Source: Centroscyllium fabricii (lineage: Eukaryota). From it: 64,000 bases of DNA. Below are positions 49,676-61,388 of the stretch, one piece after another. The notes below the pieces were generated by a model, which was not told the origin of the DNA, did no database searches, and saw nothing but the letters and a program-made list of their open reading frames with translations. Position 1 is the stretch's first letter, and every line of letters begins with the position of its first letter. The DNA lies in contig JBNRSN020000003.1 of the NCBI GenBank assembly GCA_051313645.2, positions 517,762,001 to 517,826,000 of the forward strand. Reading direction: 5' to 3'. A program made the position numbers and the translations under genes.

Positions 49676-49789
49676 GTGAGTAACCTAAGCAGTAACAAGT
49701 ACTCTATCGGCAGCAATCTTGATTAGCAGTATTTTTGCTGCATGCTACCAAATATTTTTTGAGTTGGTAGATATTTAACACAGGTTATA

Positions 49790-50264
49790 CAGGTCCGGCG
49801 TCGTTAATCTGGACGCCGGTAATCCGGAAACTTCAGTCGTCGGGAACGAATCCGGCCGACTGGTCTGCGCACGCGCAAAATGGCTGCCGCGCCTGGCTGC
49901 GCATACCCGGGCCCCTCTCCGACTGCCACGCTGGTTTGCGCATGCACAAAATGGCCGCCGCGCTTGGCTGCGCATGCCCGGGCCTCTCCCTGACTGGTCT
50001 GCGCATGCGCAATATGGCCGCCGCGCTTGGCAGCGCATGCGCAAAATGGCCACCGTGCTTGGCTGCGCATGCCTGGGACTCTCCCAGAACGATTGGTGCT
50101 TCGGCGAGCGCATGCGCAGACCATTCAAAATGGCCACCGGCCTTCGCGGTGGCCATTTTGAATGGTCTGCACATGCACTCGCCGAAGCTTCAATCGTTCG
50201 GATTTTTCTCTAATCCGGCACCAGCCTAGTCCCGCCCGGTGCTGGATTAACGATGTCGGACCTG
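49790..50264. mobile_element. TA-flanked MITE (subtype A variant)
   Basis: CAGGTCCGGCGTCGTTAATC...GATTAACGATGTCGGACCTG, TA flanks. Confidence 0.88.
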
Positions 50265-50894
50265 TAGTTTATCCAGACTAGAGCAGCATATTTATTTACA
50301 ATTAATTAACGATAGGACGTACAAAGATTTGGCAATGCTAAGCGTACAATATATCTGATCTCACACAATCAAAATATCTGTAATGTGTCAATCGCTCTTT
50401 CAACAAAATAAGTTTCTGATGGTTCACTAAATAAAATCCTGCTTTCGGGCACGATAAATTCTGTAGAGCAAGAGTGAAACAGATTGAATTATGAATTATT
50501 TAGAGTAAGGAGGAGTCACTAAGGATGCATGTTAGCTCCTGTCATACTTTGTACAGACAGCTGTATTTATTACTAAGCATTTCATTCCCTCCAAAATTGT
50601 TTGTTTGATTAAACCTAAAGCTCTCAGATTTATTTTTGAGCCAAAAAAGCACATATTTGCTTGCGTTTCACCTGATGTTTTGACCCAGATTTAGGGGAGA
50701 AAAATCCAAACTTATTTTCAAATTACTTTGGATCCCATATTAAACTGAGGTTCTAACTTCACAACAGCAGCTATATTTTATAGCATGCATTATGGTCTCA
50801 ATTAATTGTAGCTGTACAGTTCAATGTAGGGCTGAAGTTTCACTGAAAGTTGCGAGGCAACTGTGATATTATTGCAAAGCGACATGGTCCCTGC

Positions 50895-51040
50895 CAATGT
50901 TCCCTCTAATTTTTTTAATGCGTGGTCCCTTTAAATTTGCTGCGCACGCACAGCATCCCTTCCAGGGGCAGTTGCTGGTGAGCGGCCTGCGCGGGACCAC
51001 GCGATTGATGTGTGGCTCCGCACCTTAGTTGGGAACATTG
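50895..51040. mobile_element. Short hAT-type MITE
   Basis: TIR CAATGTTCCC...GGGAACATTG; TSD GTCCCTGC / GTCACTGC. Confidence 0.8.
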
Positions 51041-51271
51041 GTCACTGCGACTACCCTCTGAACGGATTATTTTGGAATTCCAAAGCAGAGTTATTGGGAA
51101 TTAACTCATATTGCAAATTAGATCAGATTATTCAAATCATGACTTCATTATGTAAAACTGCACTGCAAAAATACTCATTGTGCATTTGGTCAAAGGTTTA
51201 AAGGTTGTGTGACCATGATAAAGGCTTATAAAGCTCAGCTGCAGTCAGTCTTACGGGAACTTGGCTCCTAC

Positions 51272-51359
51272 CTGTTCCTCGTTCTATCAAAGCTGAAAAG
51301 AAGAGGTCAGTCTCTTGAGCCATGGTTGCTTCTATGACGTGCTTGGTGAAAGGCAGAGC
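51272..51359 (-). CDS. THOC5: THOC5 coding exon (4th from last)
   Basis: ALPFTKHVIEATMAQETDLFFSALIERGT; phase 0 to 1. Confidence 0.94.
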
Positions 51360-51767
51360 CTAAGAGAGAAATCAAGAGATTCATTCTTCTGCTTCGAACC
51401 TCAAAAGAACAGATTCAAGAGGATCATATACAATACTTTCAAACAACTTGACTTCTTAAATTGTCTGAACAGTAACAATAAAAGAATGGAATAGAAATTA
51501 CAGTACAGAAACAGGCCATTCGGCCCAAATGGTCTGAGCCGGTGTTTATGCTCCACATGAACCTCCTCCTATCTTACTTCATCGCGTCCTATCAGCATAA
51601 CCTCCTATTCCTTTCTCCCTCATGTGTTTATCTAGCTTTCCCTTAAATGCATCTGGGCAATTTGCCTCAACTACGCCATGTGGTGGCTAGTTCCCCATTT
51701 AAACCATTCTCTGAGTAAAGAAGTTTCTCCTGAATTCCTTACTGGATTTATTAGTGACTATCTTATA

Positions 51768-52576
51768 CAGATTGAGCACCGGTAATCCGTTAACCGGAAA
51801 GCCGGCAGCTTCAGTTGACTGGCATAAATTGCCCCGACTGCCATGCGCATGCGCAAAATGGGCGCCATGATTGATGCTTCGGCGAATGATCTGCGCATGC
51901 GTTGCTGAACGGCGAGCGCATGCACAGATCATTAAAAACGGCCACCGGACGTTTTGAGTGATCTGCGCATGCGTGGCTCCGAGAAGAGCACGGAAAGGTA
52001 AAGGCGGGCGTTGTGTCAAAGCCGGGAGGAGAGTTTGAAGAATGAGGAGACGGAGCCGCTGGACTGGCGGCCTGGGCTGGAATGGGCTCCTCGGGCGCGC
52101 CCTTGAGCCCGGCTTCTCTTTAAAGGGATCGCGTGGCGCTGCCTGGCTTCAAATGTCCCGGGTCCCCGCAAACCCGCCGCAAGCTCTTCACTGCCGGCTA
52201 ACCGGGCGCAGCCCCGCCACCCCTTCCCCCTGGGGGCGATGGCCAGTTTGCTGCTGTACTTTGTGCCGAGTCTCTGGGCTTTGCACTGATTCCATGGGCT
52301 TCGGCCCCGCTCAGTTAGAAATCTTCGCTCAGAGTCGCGGGGAGAGAGAAAGGAACCAGGCATTTGATTAAAAAGTGGTGTGCCTCATTTTTAATTAAAA
52401 AAAGCACATGAGTTTCAAATTCTTCAAAACTTCGCGGCGGCCATTTCCAATGTTATGCACATGCGTGTGGCCATTTTGAATGGTGCGCACACTGGCCGGC
52501 TTCATTCTTCCGGTTTTTTTCGGTATACAGGCGCGGGCCTAGTCCCGCCCGTGCCGGTATAATGGCGCTCAACCTG
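51768..52576. mobile_element. TA-flanked MITE (subtype A) with unique cargo
   Basis: CAGATTGAGCACC...GGCGCTCAACCTG, TA flanks. Confidence 0.85.
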
Positions 52577-53069
52577 TATTTAATTTAAGAGCGTTTTTGC
52601 TCTCTTTTTGCCTGTCCTTTCAGATCTCCCAGTGTCCTCTTCTGTTTCTCTCTTTCTAGGTTTACTTTTTTGATTTTTTTTCTCTGATCCAATCTTCCTT
52701 TAGTCCCTGTTATAGCAGGCTAATTTCCCCCTTGGCTTTTAGACCCTGTCCTCACTACACTTCAGATGAAAAATATTTTTGTTCCTAGATCTCTGCCCAT
52801 GCCATCCCTAGGTCAACTGTTAGGAAGTACTCAGTTGTCAACTGTCGAAAAAAGCATGAAAGTCAATACGACAGGTCATACTGAAGTATGAATATTGCAA
52901 CTGAGGATCCAGTAACTCTGAGGAAAGAGCATTGCACTCAGTGGCAATACTAATCAGTTAAGTCTACAGCCAAGAACACTCACCCTCATAGCTAAAGCAA
53001 CAAGTGTGGCCATGAAAGAGTAAGGCTATTAAGAGGAAGAAATAATGTAGATAAAAAACGCACACATAC

Positions 53070-53173
53070 CGCATAGTCTTCATATGAAACGGCACTCCAT
53101 TTGATCAATCTAGATATGATCTTCACTGGGAAAAGATGCTGGCATTCACTGGCTATTGGGACAATACTGTGTT
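53070..53173 (-). CDS. THOC5: THOC5 coding exon (5th from last)
   Basis: (E)HSIVPIASECQHLFPVKIISRLIKWSAVSYEDYA; phase 1 to 0. Confidence 0.95.
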
Positions 53174-53176
53174 CTG

Positions 53177-53552
53177 TAAAAGAAAGACTTGCATTTATAT
53201 AGCGCCTTTCACGACCAATGGACGTCTCAAAGTGCTTTACAGCCAATGAAGTACTTTTGGAGTGTAGTCACTGTTGTAATGTGGGAAACGTGGCAGCCAA
53301 TTTGCGCACAGCAAGCTCCCACCAACAGCAATGTGATAATGACCAGATAATCTGTTTTTGTTATGTTGATTGAGGGATAAATATTGGCCAGGATGCCGGG
53401 GATAAACTCACCCTGCTTTTCTTCCAAATAGTGCCATGGGATCTTTTACGTCCAAAAGACGGCACCTCCTACAGTGCAGCACTCCCTCAGCACTGCACTG
53501 AGTGCCAGCCTAGATTTTTTTTTAAATGTGCTCAAGTCCCTGGAGTGGGATT
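53177..53552 (-). mobile_element. Deu-domain SINE abutting a THOC5 splice acceptor
   Basis: Homologous to 9309-9728; its tail ends a few nt from the AG. Confidence 0.8.
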
Positions 53553-53612
53553 TCAGATTTATTAATCTTAACATTCAAGACACACAACCTGAAGGGGCTA
53601 CACGGTGGCATA

Positions 53613-54031
53613 GGGGGGCGGCACGGTGGCATAGTGGTTAGCACTGTTGCCTCACAGCACTGGAGACCCGAGTTCAAATCCAGCCTCGGGTACTATCTGT
53701 GTGGAGTTTGCACATTCTCCCCGTGTCTGCGTGGGTTTCCTCCGGGTGCTCCGGTTTCCTCCCACAGTCCAAAGATATGCGGGTTAGGTTGATTGGCCAT
53801 GATAAATTGACCCTTAGTGTTAGGGGGATTGAATATGTGGGGTTATGGGGATAGGGTGGGATATGTGTCGGTGCAGGCTCGATAGGGATCAAGGGATATG
53901 GGGAGAGGGCAGGGGCGGGGTACTGGGTTTGGATGATCAGCCATGATCTCATTGAATGGCGGAGCAGGCTCGAAGGGCCGAATGGCCTACTCCTGCTCCT
54001 ATCTTCTATGTTTCTATGTTATGTTTCTATG
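53613..54031 (+). mobile_element. HE1-like tRNA-SINE (full length)
   Basis: Full head and (TTTCTATG)n tail. Confidence 0.93.
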
Positions 54032-55534
54032 AAGTATGGGCACAAAGGGTTTTCAAATCTCTTCTATCATCTTCTACAGCTAGGAGCCAGTCAATTTAGA
54101 ACTGTAGTAAATGATTCTACAATCAGTTCCAGACACTTTTCACTCTACTGCAATTAGTTTTTCCATCAAGAATAGTTCAGGACAAAAGTTCTTAGTGGAC
54201 ATGGGACACTAAGAGTTGTATAAGCAAGCTTGTGCCATTAACCTTGTTAACCAATCTGGCTGGGTGAGGTATAAAGATTCCCAATTTATCAGGAAATCAA
54301 AATTACTACCCAGACAATTCCTCTTGGCTATGCAGGTAATTGGAATCTCCTTGACTCCCTGTAATAAACGCAACAATTCAGACACTAAGCATCGATGGTA
54401 TTGTGACTCCCACGACTATTCATGCAGATAATTGGCAACACCATCATATTTCCCAGCTAGATAAAATTGTTTCAATCTCAGTTACTGGGCATTCTAAGCA
54501 TGCAGAAGTTCAGTTTTAACTGAAATTGAAAGCATTCATTTAAAACATTTTTTTAAATTACAAATATCATACTCCTCAGGACAATTACTTCTAAGTCATA
54601 CAACAGAAATATCCCAGGGGAAAATAGTTGCTTTGCTGCTGTTGTGCATGCACCTTCTTGAAGCTAGTTCAGAGAGGCACTGACAGAGGTCCAGAGCCGT
54701 TTGTTTGACTGCAACTGTTGCATGGCCACATGGGATTAGGACTATTGCGTGGTGGGTGAATATCAACACTGACTGGTTGTGTCGAACAGTCAATTTTTGT
54801 GTGGTAATTTCTGAGTAATTCGAAGTAATGGGGCAGAACAAGCAAACGTTAACCTATGTTTTCACTTCCCAGGATTTTCTGTTTTATTTTAAATATATAC
54901 ATCATATGGATATGTTCAGCAGTTCCAATTCTTTATATTATATTATCTGGGACACAGAGTCTGAATTAGAGCCAGGAAAAGTAGTGTGACTGAGGAAGTG
55001 CTTTGGTGACGTTGAAGCTACATCACAAAAAATGCTTCAAGCATTCGTCTTTGTTGGGATTCTGTTTCCACCAGAAACAGTTTGAAACTGGATTCTGTTG
55101 AAATTTAGATCTTCATATTGGCACTACACCAGCGTTAACAGGAATCTTGCCTGCCAATAGAGAGCTGTGCATAAAACATGCCTCCAGAGGGTGCCATGGA
55201 GGTACCCTTTACCTTACTTCCATGTTGGGGACTAAAATAAGACAAGCACATCAAATGGTCTTCGTTGCACTGATTACCAGCCTAGAGTTAAGTATGATCA
55301 TTGTCAATTGGTGGCTCGCATGGCTGATTATTTAGCGAAGTCCACTGCTATTTCCGCAGCCACATCAATAGATAAGGGTAGACGACTGTGGCCATGATGC
55401 AGTAGTGCAATGCAGTGGAACACCAATGAATCGTGCTGCAGCAGCAGGGATCCAGGTTTGGCTGCTTTACACAGCTGAGTTTCTGGTCTCAGCCATGCTG
55501 CTGCGGTGAAGTGCTGAACAGAAGCAACAGAATA

Positions 55535-56260
55535 CAGGTCCACAATCCCTTACCCGAAACCCTTGGGGCCAGATGTGTTTTGGAATTTTTCAGAACGGGC
55601 GGCACGGTGGCATAGTGGTTAGCACTGTTGCCTTACAGCACTAGAGACCCGGGTTCAAATCCAGCCTCGGGTGACTATCTGTGTGGAGTTTGCACATTCT
55701 CCCCGTGTCTGCGTGGGTTTCCTCCGGGTGCTCCGGTTTCCTCCCACAGTCCAAAGATGTGCGGGTTAGGTTGATTGGCCATGATAAATTGACCCTCAGT
55801 GTTAGGGGGATTGAATATGTGGGGTTACGGGGATAGGGTGGGATATGTGTCGGTGCGGGATCGAGGGATATGGGGACAAGGCAGGGACAGGGTACTGGGT
55901 TTGGATGATCAGCCATGAGCTCATTGAATGGCGGAGCAGGCTCAAGGGGCCGAATGGCCTACTCCTGCTCCTATCTTCTATGTTTCTATGGTAGGGGTAT
56001 CTACAACTCAGACATTTTCACAGTGAAATTACACTCAAAATCACAAAAAATATCAGAGAGCAGCAGAAGCACGTGTGACTGGTAGCAGCACTGAGACACA
56101 ACTGACGCCTCACACCTGTGTGGGTCAAGCGTCGGCCGCGTCAGGTCATGTTTGGCGCAACTCAGGACATGTCGTGCACACGAGTGACGCTCCACGAAAA
56201 AACTTTCGGTTTTCAGAGCTTTTTGAATTTTTGAATTGCGGATAAGGGGTTGTGGACTTG
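55535..56260. mobile_element. Tigger/pogo-like MITE interrupted by an HE1-like SINE (55597-55990)
   Basis: TA-CAGGTCCACAATCCCTTA...TAAGGGGTTGTGGACTTG-TA. Confidence 0.82.
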
Positions 56261-56590
56261 TAATACAACTCAAAAGACAACCAACCTACCAAGGAACAAT
56301 GGAGAAAACAATGCCCCGGGGTTCACATGTCTCTTACAGGTTGTCCCAGAGTGGCACTGCCAGACGTCTGTGAGCAGGACACCCTCTCAGTTAGAGTGCA
56401 GGACATGTGCAGTCAGAAAACTTGAGGAAAAGAGAGAAATTTCTACCTCACAAAAATGAAAAGGTAGAAAACTACATAATCACTACTTTCCCCTGCCTCT
56501 GCCGTGACACCACTCTACCGAGTACAAAGACCTCATTTTAGCTCATGATTCCGAGAAGCTTGGAAAAGGAAACCATAAACTGATACTCAC

Positions 56591-56705
56591 CAAGTGAAGC
56601 AAACTGCTTCTGCAGGGACAGTCGGGACTGCAACCTCACACGCAGCAGTTTTATTGTCGTTTCCATGTGACTGGCGCTCAAAGAATTGTCAGCCATCACA
56701 AATTT
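56591..56705 (-). CDS. THOC5: THOC5 coding exon (6th from last)
   Basis: [38 protein letters not shown]; AG / GTGAGT; phase 0 to 1. Confidence 0.95.
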
Positions 56706-57006
56706 CTGTCAGAAGGGTAGAAATAAAAAAAACTAAATCAAAGCTCAATGCAGAATAATTTTGCAATATATTCCAAAAACATATTTTTGCAGAATAATTT
56801 CCAACATTCCCCAAATTTATAATAGCCTGCTTAACAATAGTTACTTAGAAAACTGCCAGACTGCCATAAAAACACAACTGTTCACTGATGTCGTCAAGTG
56901 AAGGAAACCTGCTATCCCTAACCAGTCTGCCCTGCACGTGACCAGTCTCTGTTCATGTCCTCAGGACAACTAGGAATGGGCAATACTGCCCTGTCAGTGG
57001 CAAATA

Positions 57007-58380
57007 TAGAAACACAGGAAGAGGAGTAGGCCATTCAGCCCCTCTAGCCTTTTCCGCTATTTACTCAGATCACACTTGCACCTCAACTCCATTTACCCAC
57101 CATTGCACCGTATGCCTTGATGCCCTTACCCACCAAAAATCTATCCACCTCAGTACTGAAAATTTCAATTGATCCAGCAAGAGTGCTCCAGATTTCCACT
57201 ACCCTTGTGTGAAAAAGTACTTCCTGATTTCACTTCTAAATGGCCTAGCTGTGATACTGTGCCCCATTGTTCTGGATTCCCCACCAGAGGAAATAGTTGC
57301 TCTGTATGTATCCCATCGAATCCCGTCATCATTTTAAACACCGCAACTTGGATCACCCTTCAACCTTCTAAACTCAATTCACGTTTATGCAACTTGTCTT
57401 CATAATTTAACCTTTTACGCCCGAGTGTCATGCCCGGTAAGGCTAATTTGTACCCTCTCCAAGGCCAATTTATCCTTCCTGAGCTGCGATTGCCAAAACT
57501 GAAGACAGTGCTCCAGATGGGGGTCTCTGGCCAAGGTGTTGTACAACTGAAGCAGATACTTGCTCCTCTTTGTATTCCAGCCCTCGAGATAAAGGCCACC
57601 ATTCCATTAGCTTTTTTGATTACTTTTTGTACCAGTGCTTCAGGTACCAGCTTTTAGTGATTGTGTACATAGACACCCAAATCCCTTTGCTTCTCCATAG
57701 GTCCTAATCTCTCCCCATGATGAAAATATTTTGGTTTGTCTTTCTCAGATCCAAACCTCACACTTCCTCACATTTAAACTTTAACTGCCGTAGCTTTGCA
57801 CACTTACTTAATCTGTTTATTTTCCTTTGCAACTTCCTGCTCCTATCTACACAACTTCCTGTGCCTCCTAACGCAGGTTATCTGGAAACATCAATATACA
57901 ACTCCCTATTCCTTCATGCAAGTCATAGATATACAGGAAACTCTCGATTTACCGGCACCTAAATAACCGGAAATCTCGATTAACCGGCAAAATGCAGGAG
58001 TAGGTTCAGGTAAGTTTTACTTCATATTAGTGGCCGTTCCTGGATCTGTGGCTGTGTAACCGGGGTTCCTGCACCTGTTGCTATGCAACAGGGATGCCTG
58101 GATCTGTGGCTCGGGTTCCTGCACCTGTTGCTAAGCAACAGGGACGCCTGGATCTGTGGCCGTGTACGGGGCTCTCGTACCTTTTACTATACCTTTCTGT
58201 AATCTGGACTTTTTGATAAACCGGCACCATGCCGGTCCCGTCGGTGCCAGATAAAAAAAAAGTTTCCTGTATGGTGAAAAGCTGAGGCCTCAGTGCAGAT
58301 CCCTGGGGAACACTACTTGCCATGTCCCTCCAGTCAGAGTACATGCCCTTTATCTCTACTATGTTTCCTAGCCACCAACT
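57007..58380 (-). mobile_element. Old degraded CR1, interrupted by a TA-MITE
   Basis: CR1 tail near 57007; SVPQGSALRPQLFTI remnant. Confidence 0.7.
57934..58269. mobile_element. TA-flanked MITE (CAGGAAACT subtype)
   Basis: TA-CAGGAAACT...AGTTTCCTG-TA; internal imperfect tandem repeats. Confidence 0.8.
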
Positions 58381-58861
58381 AATTACTGCATCCCAGGAAA
58401 CAATAAATAAGAAATGCACTATATATAAATGAATTACTACAACAAAATCATTCGCTGGATAAGAAATTGATTTTTTTTTACTATACATAGACAATTTCAC
58501 AATAGAGTGGTCATGCTTTACTACGAAGTTTCAATCATACATCTGATCCTGAGAATACCTGCTTGCGCACAATTTGTTGACAAATAAATCTTGATCACGA
58601 ACAGTACAGCCCTCCCTCATTTAACAGCTGTGCATTTTGCTCCTTGTGTTGTAGAATTTGCGATAATTAATGTCCCATATCAAACGGTAAAATAAAGTCA
58701 AAAGCCAAGATCCATTGTAGCTGATAGCAGAGAAGATGACCCATTTTTATTTATTATCTAATGGAGCTGGTACTTCAATAAAGTAGTTTTAATAGAAAAT
58801 TGCTCATTGGCAGATAGGCAAACTATGGTCACTGATAGAACGTAGGTTGTTAGTCCTAATA

Positions 58862-59472
58862 CAGGTTGAGGACCGGTAATCTGGCACCTTCAGTGGTCCG
58901 GCACGAATCAAAACCGGCGGTCTTCAGTTTGCGGAGCAGCCGCTCGGCGGCGCCACTGTTCTACCCGCACGCTCCGGGCCCCGGGGAGTGTTCTACCCGC
59001 GCGCTCCGGGACCCGGGGAGTGTTCTACCCATGCGCCTTCTTTTCCCGACGATGACGTTGGAAACATTGGCAAAGAAACCGGAGCTTGCCGCTTGGGCCA
59101 AAACCTGCCATTGCCATCGAGCTGAGGGAATGAATGATCACTTTTATCAGGCTGCGATCAAGGTCAGTGGACTTGCTTACATCAGACGGGACCAAACAGA
59201 GCCATCGCTTGCAGGTTGCATGCACGTCCCCAATGAAAAACATTCCGCTTCCCACCTCCCCCCACCCCCAAAAAAACCTTCCAGTTGTCCAAGGGTGAGC
59301 CCGTTTACCGGCACAGACCTGCATCTAACTTGAACTGAATGCCTTGGGGATGACAGGAATCTGTATTTACACTGGCACCGGGATCTTCCCCCGAACCTTC
59401 AGTGGTTCGGAATTTTCAGTGGTCCGGCACCGGCCTGGTCCCGAGGGTGCCGGATTATCGGTGCTCAACCTG
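58862..59472. mobile_element. TA-flanked MITE (subtype B, reversed) with a unique interior
   Basis: CAGGTTGAGGACC...GGTGCTCAACCTG; arms match the reverse complement of 32329-32699. Confidence 0.85.
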
Positions 59473-59649
59473 CAGTGAATCCATGGGAAAAAAAATCTCT
59501 TCACAATAATGTCTCCACTTCTACACCAAAGAGGTTCCCTACCATGTATACTAGTGTGTTCTTACTTACCCCAAGTCAAATTTTGGAATGTTGCTCACTT
59601 AACGCCACCAACATTTTAATGAGCACTTCTCTAAATTCCAAAGCCTCAC

Positions 59650-59746
59650 CTGTGGCTGATCCTTTGGGAAATGCAGTCCTCCAAGCTTTTGAACCCAAAC
59701 ATAGGGGTGGCCCAGCTCCCCAATGTAGTCACTGAAGGTTAAAATT
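59650..59746 (-). CDS. THOC5: THOC5 coding exon (7th from last)
   Basis: (G)[32 protein letters not shown]; phase 2 to 0. Confidence 0.96.
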
Positions 59747-59789
59747 CTAGGGAAAATAAAACAGTTTTAAGATCAATATATAGAGACAT

Positions 59790-60442
59790 GGGGCTGGATT
59801 TTACTCACCGAGATGCGTTGGGAGCGGGACTGCTGCCTTCCGGGTTCTAGTCCCGCCCCCAGCGACGTCTGACGCACAGACGCTATTTTGCCCTGATTGG
59901 CCTCGTTAAGCCCCGCCCTGCAGGCTTGTTGGCCAATTAAGGGAAAGGTGGTGTCAGATGACGTCAGTTGATGATGCTTCATCTGGCGGTTTTCTTAAGG
60001 CATAGGCACCACACTTGTTTGACAGATGATTGACAGTGTTTGACAGCATTGAGGTGCTGTCAAACACTGAATCACTATTGTCAGGTGAGCCCTTGCTCCC
60101 AGGCTCTCCAATGACTCTCTCCTTAGGATAAAACAGATGGCAGCTGTCACTTCTCCCACTGAGGTGAGGCCACACAAACTCTTCAAAGCTTGTCAGCTAC
60201 AAAAAAATTTAAACACATTAAAAATGACTTTCCCAACATTTCCTTACCTCTGATACTCACCAGTGTCCCATTGCATCCTTCACACCACTTCTGCAGCTGT
60301 CATCTATACACCAACATAACAACAGACCCACAGCACGCCTCAGTTACCCTGGCGGAGTTCCATGACGTCAGGAAGCCCGCAGCAGACTTTCCCAGCAGTC
60401 CCGCCTCCAAACCCACTTCCTCAGGGCTGGTAAAATCCAGCC
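59790..60442. mobile_element. Harbinger-type deletion derivative
   Basis: TIR GGCTGGATTTTAC...GTAAAATCCAGCC. Confidence 0.7.
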
Positions 60443-60790
60443 ATTTATATCAGAATATTTGCACTCTAATTTCTGTTCTTAGGGTCAGATTTGCTTTGTG
60501 GAAAAAGCAGATTTTGGGAACTATAGGCAAAGGGTTAGCATACTGTTGTTTTATCTCTGGTATCTGACTTTAATCCAATCTGATGTGATGAATGACTACC
60601 TCTGCCAGCTGAACAGTTCACAAGATAGACAGATGGGGAAGGCCATTCAGCCTATTTTTGCTCATCCACCTAGAAAAAACAATGAATGAATCCTGCCATG
60701 GCATCACAAATAGTCAAGTCACCAAGCATAATAATTCAGAAAAACACCCTACTTCAATGAATATTACACGTCTCCAACAAAATTGTGATA

Positions 60791-61216
60791 CAGGTCCAAC
60801 ACTGTTAATCTGGAACGGGCGGGACCAGGCCGGTGCCGGACAAGTGAAAACTCCGAACGATTGAAGCTTTGGCGAGCGCATGCGCAGACCATTCAAAATG
60901 GCCGCCGAAGGCCGGCAGCCATTTAGAATGGTCTGCGCATGCGCTCGCCGAAGCATCAATCGTTCGGGACCATTCAAAATGGTCGCTGCAAAGGCCGGCG
61001 GCCATTTTGAATGGTCTGCGCAAGCGCTCGCCGAAGCATCAATCGTTCGGGGAGGCCCGGGCATGCGCAGCCAAGCGCTGCGGCCATTTCGCGCATGCGC
61101 AGACCAGTCTGGCAGTCGAGGAGAGGCCCGCACATGCGCAGACCAGTCAGCCAGATTTGTTCCGGATGACTGATGTTAGCGGATTACCGGTATCCGGATT
61201 AACGGTGCTCAACCTG
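60791..61216. mobile_element. TA-flanked MITE (subtype A variant)
   Basis: CAGGTCCAACAC...GTGCTCAACCTG, TA flanks; GCGCATGCGC / AAAATGGC arrays. Confidence 0.85.
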
Positions 61217-61286
61217 TACTGAGATGCTGTTTTAATTGACATACTGTAGCTTATGGTAGCGAAAGGTAATGAAAGAAAGCACTTAC

Positions 61287-61388
61287 CCAACTTTATCAAA
61301 CTGATACTGATTAGCGGGATTTGGAGTCTTCTTGCCGTGGTCTCCAGGGTACAGACAACTCAGTAACGAGGCTGGAGACAATAGATCT
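61287..61388 (-). CDS. THOC5: THOC5 coding exon (8th from last)
   Basis: [33 protein letters not shown](G); phase 2 to 2. Confidence 0.97.

Noticed and set aside
53613-53700. tRNA-like A/B-box sequences here and in similar copies
   Set aside because: These are SINE heads, always followed by the SINE body and CR1-derived tail; not tRNA genes
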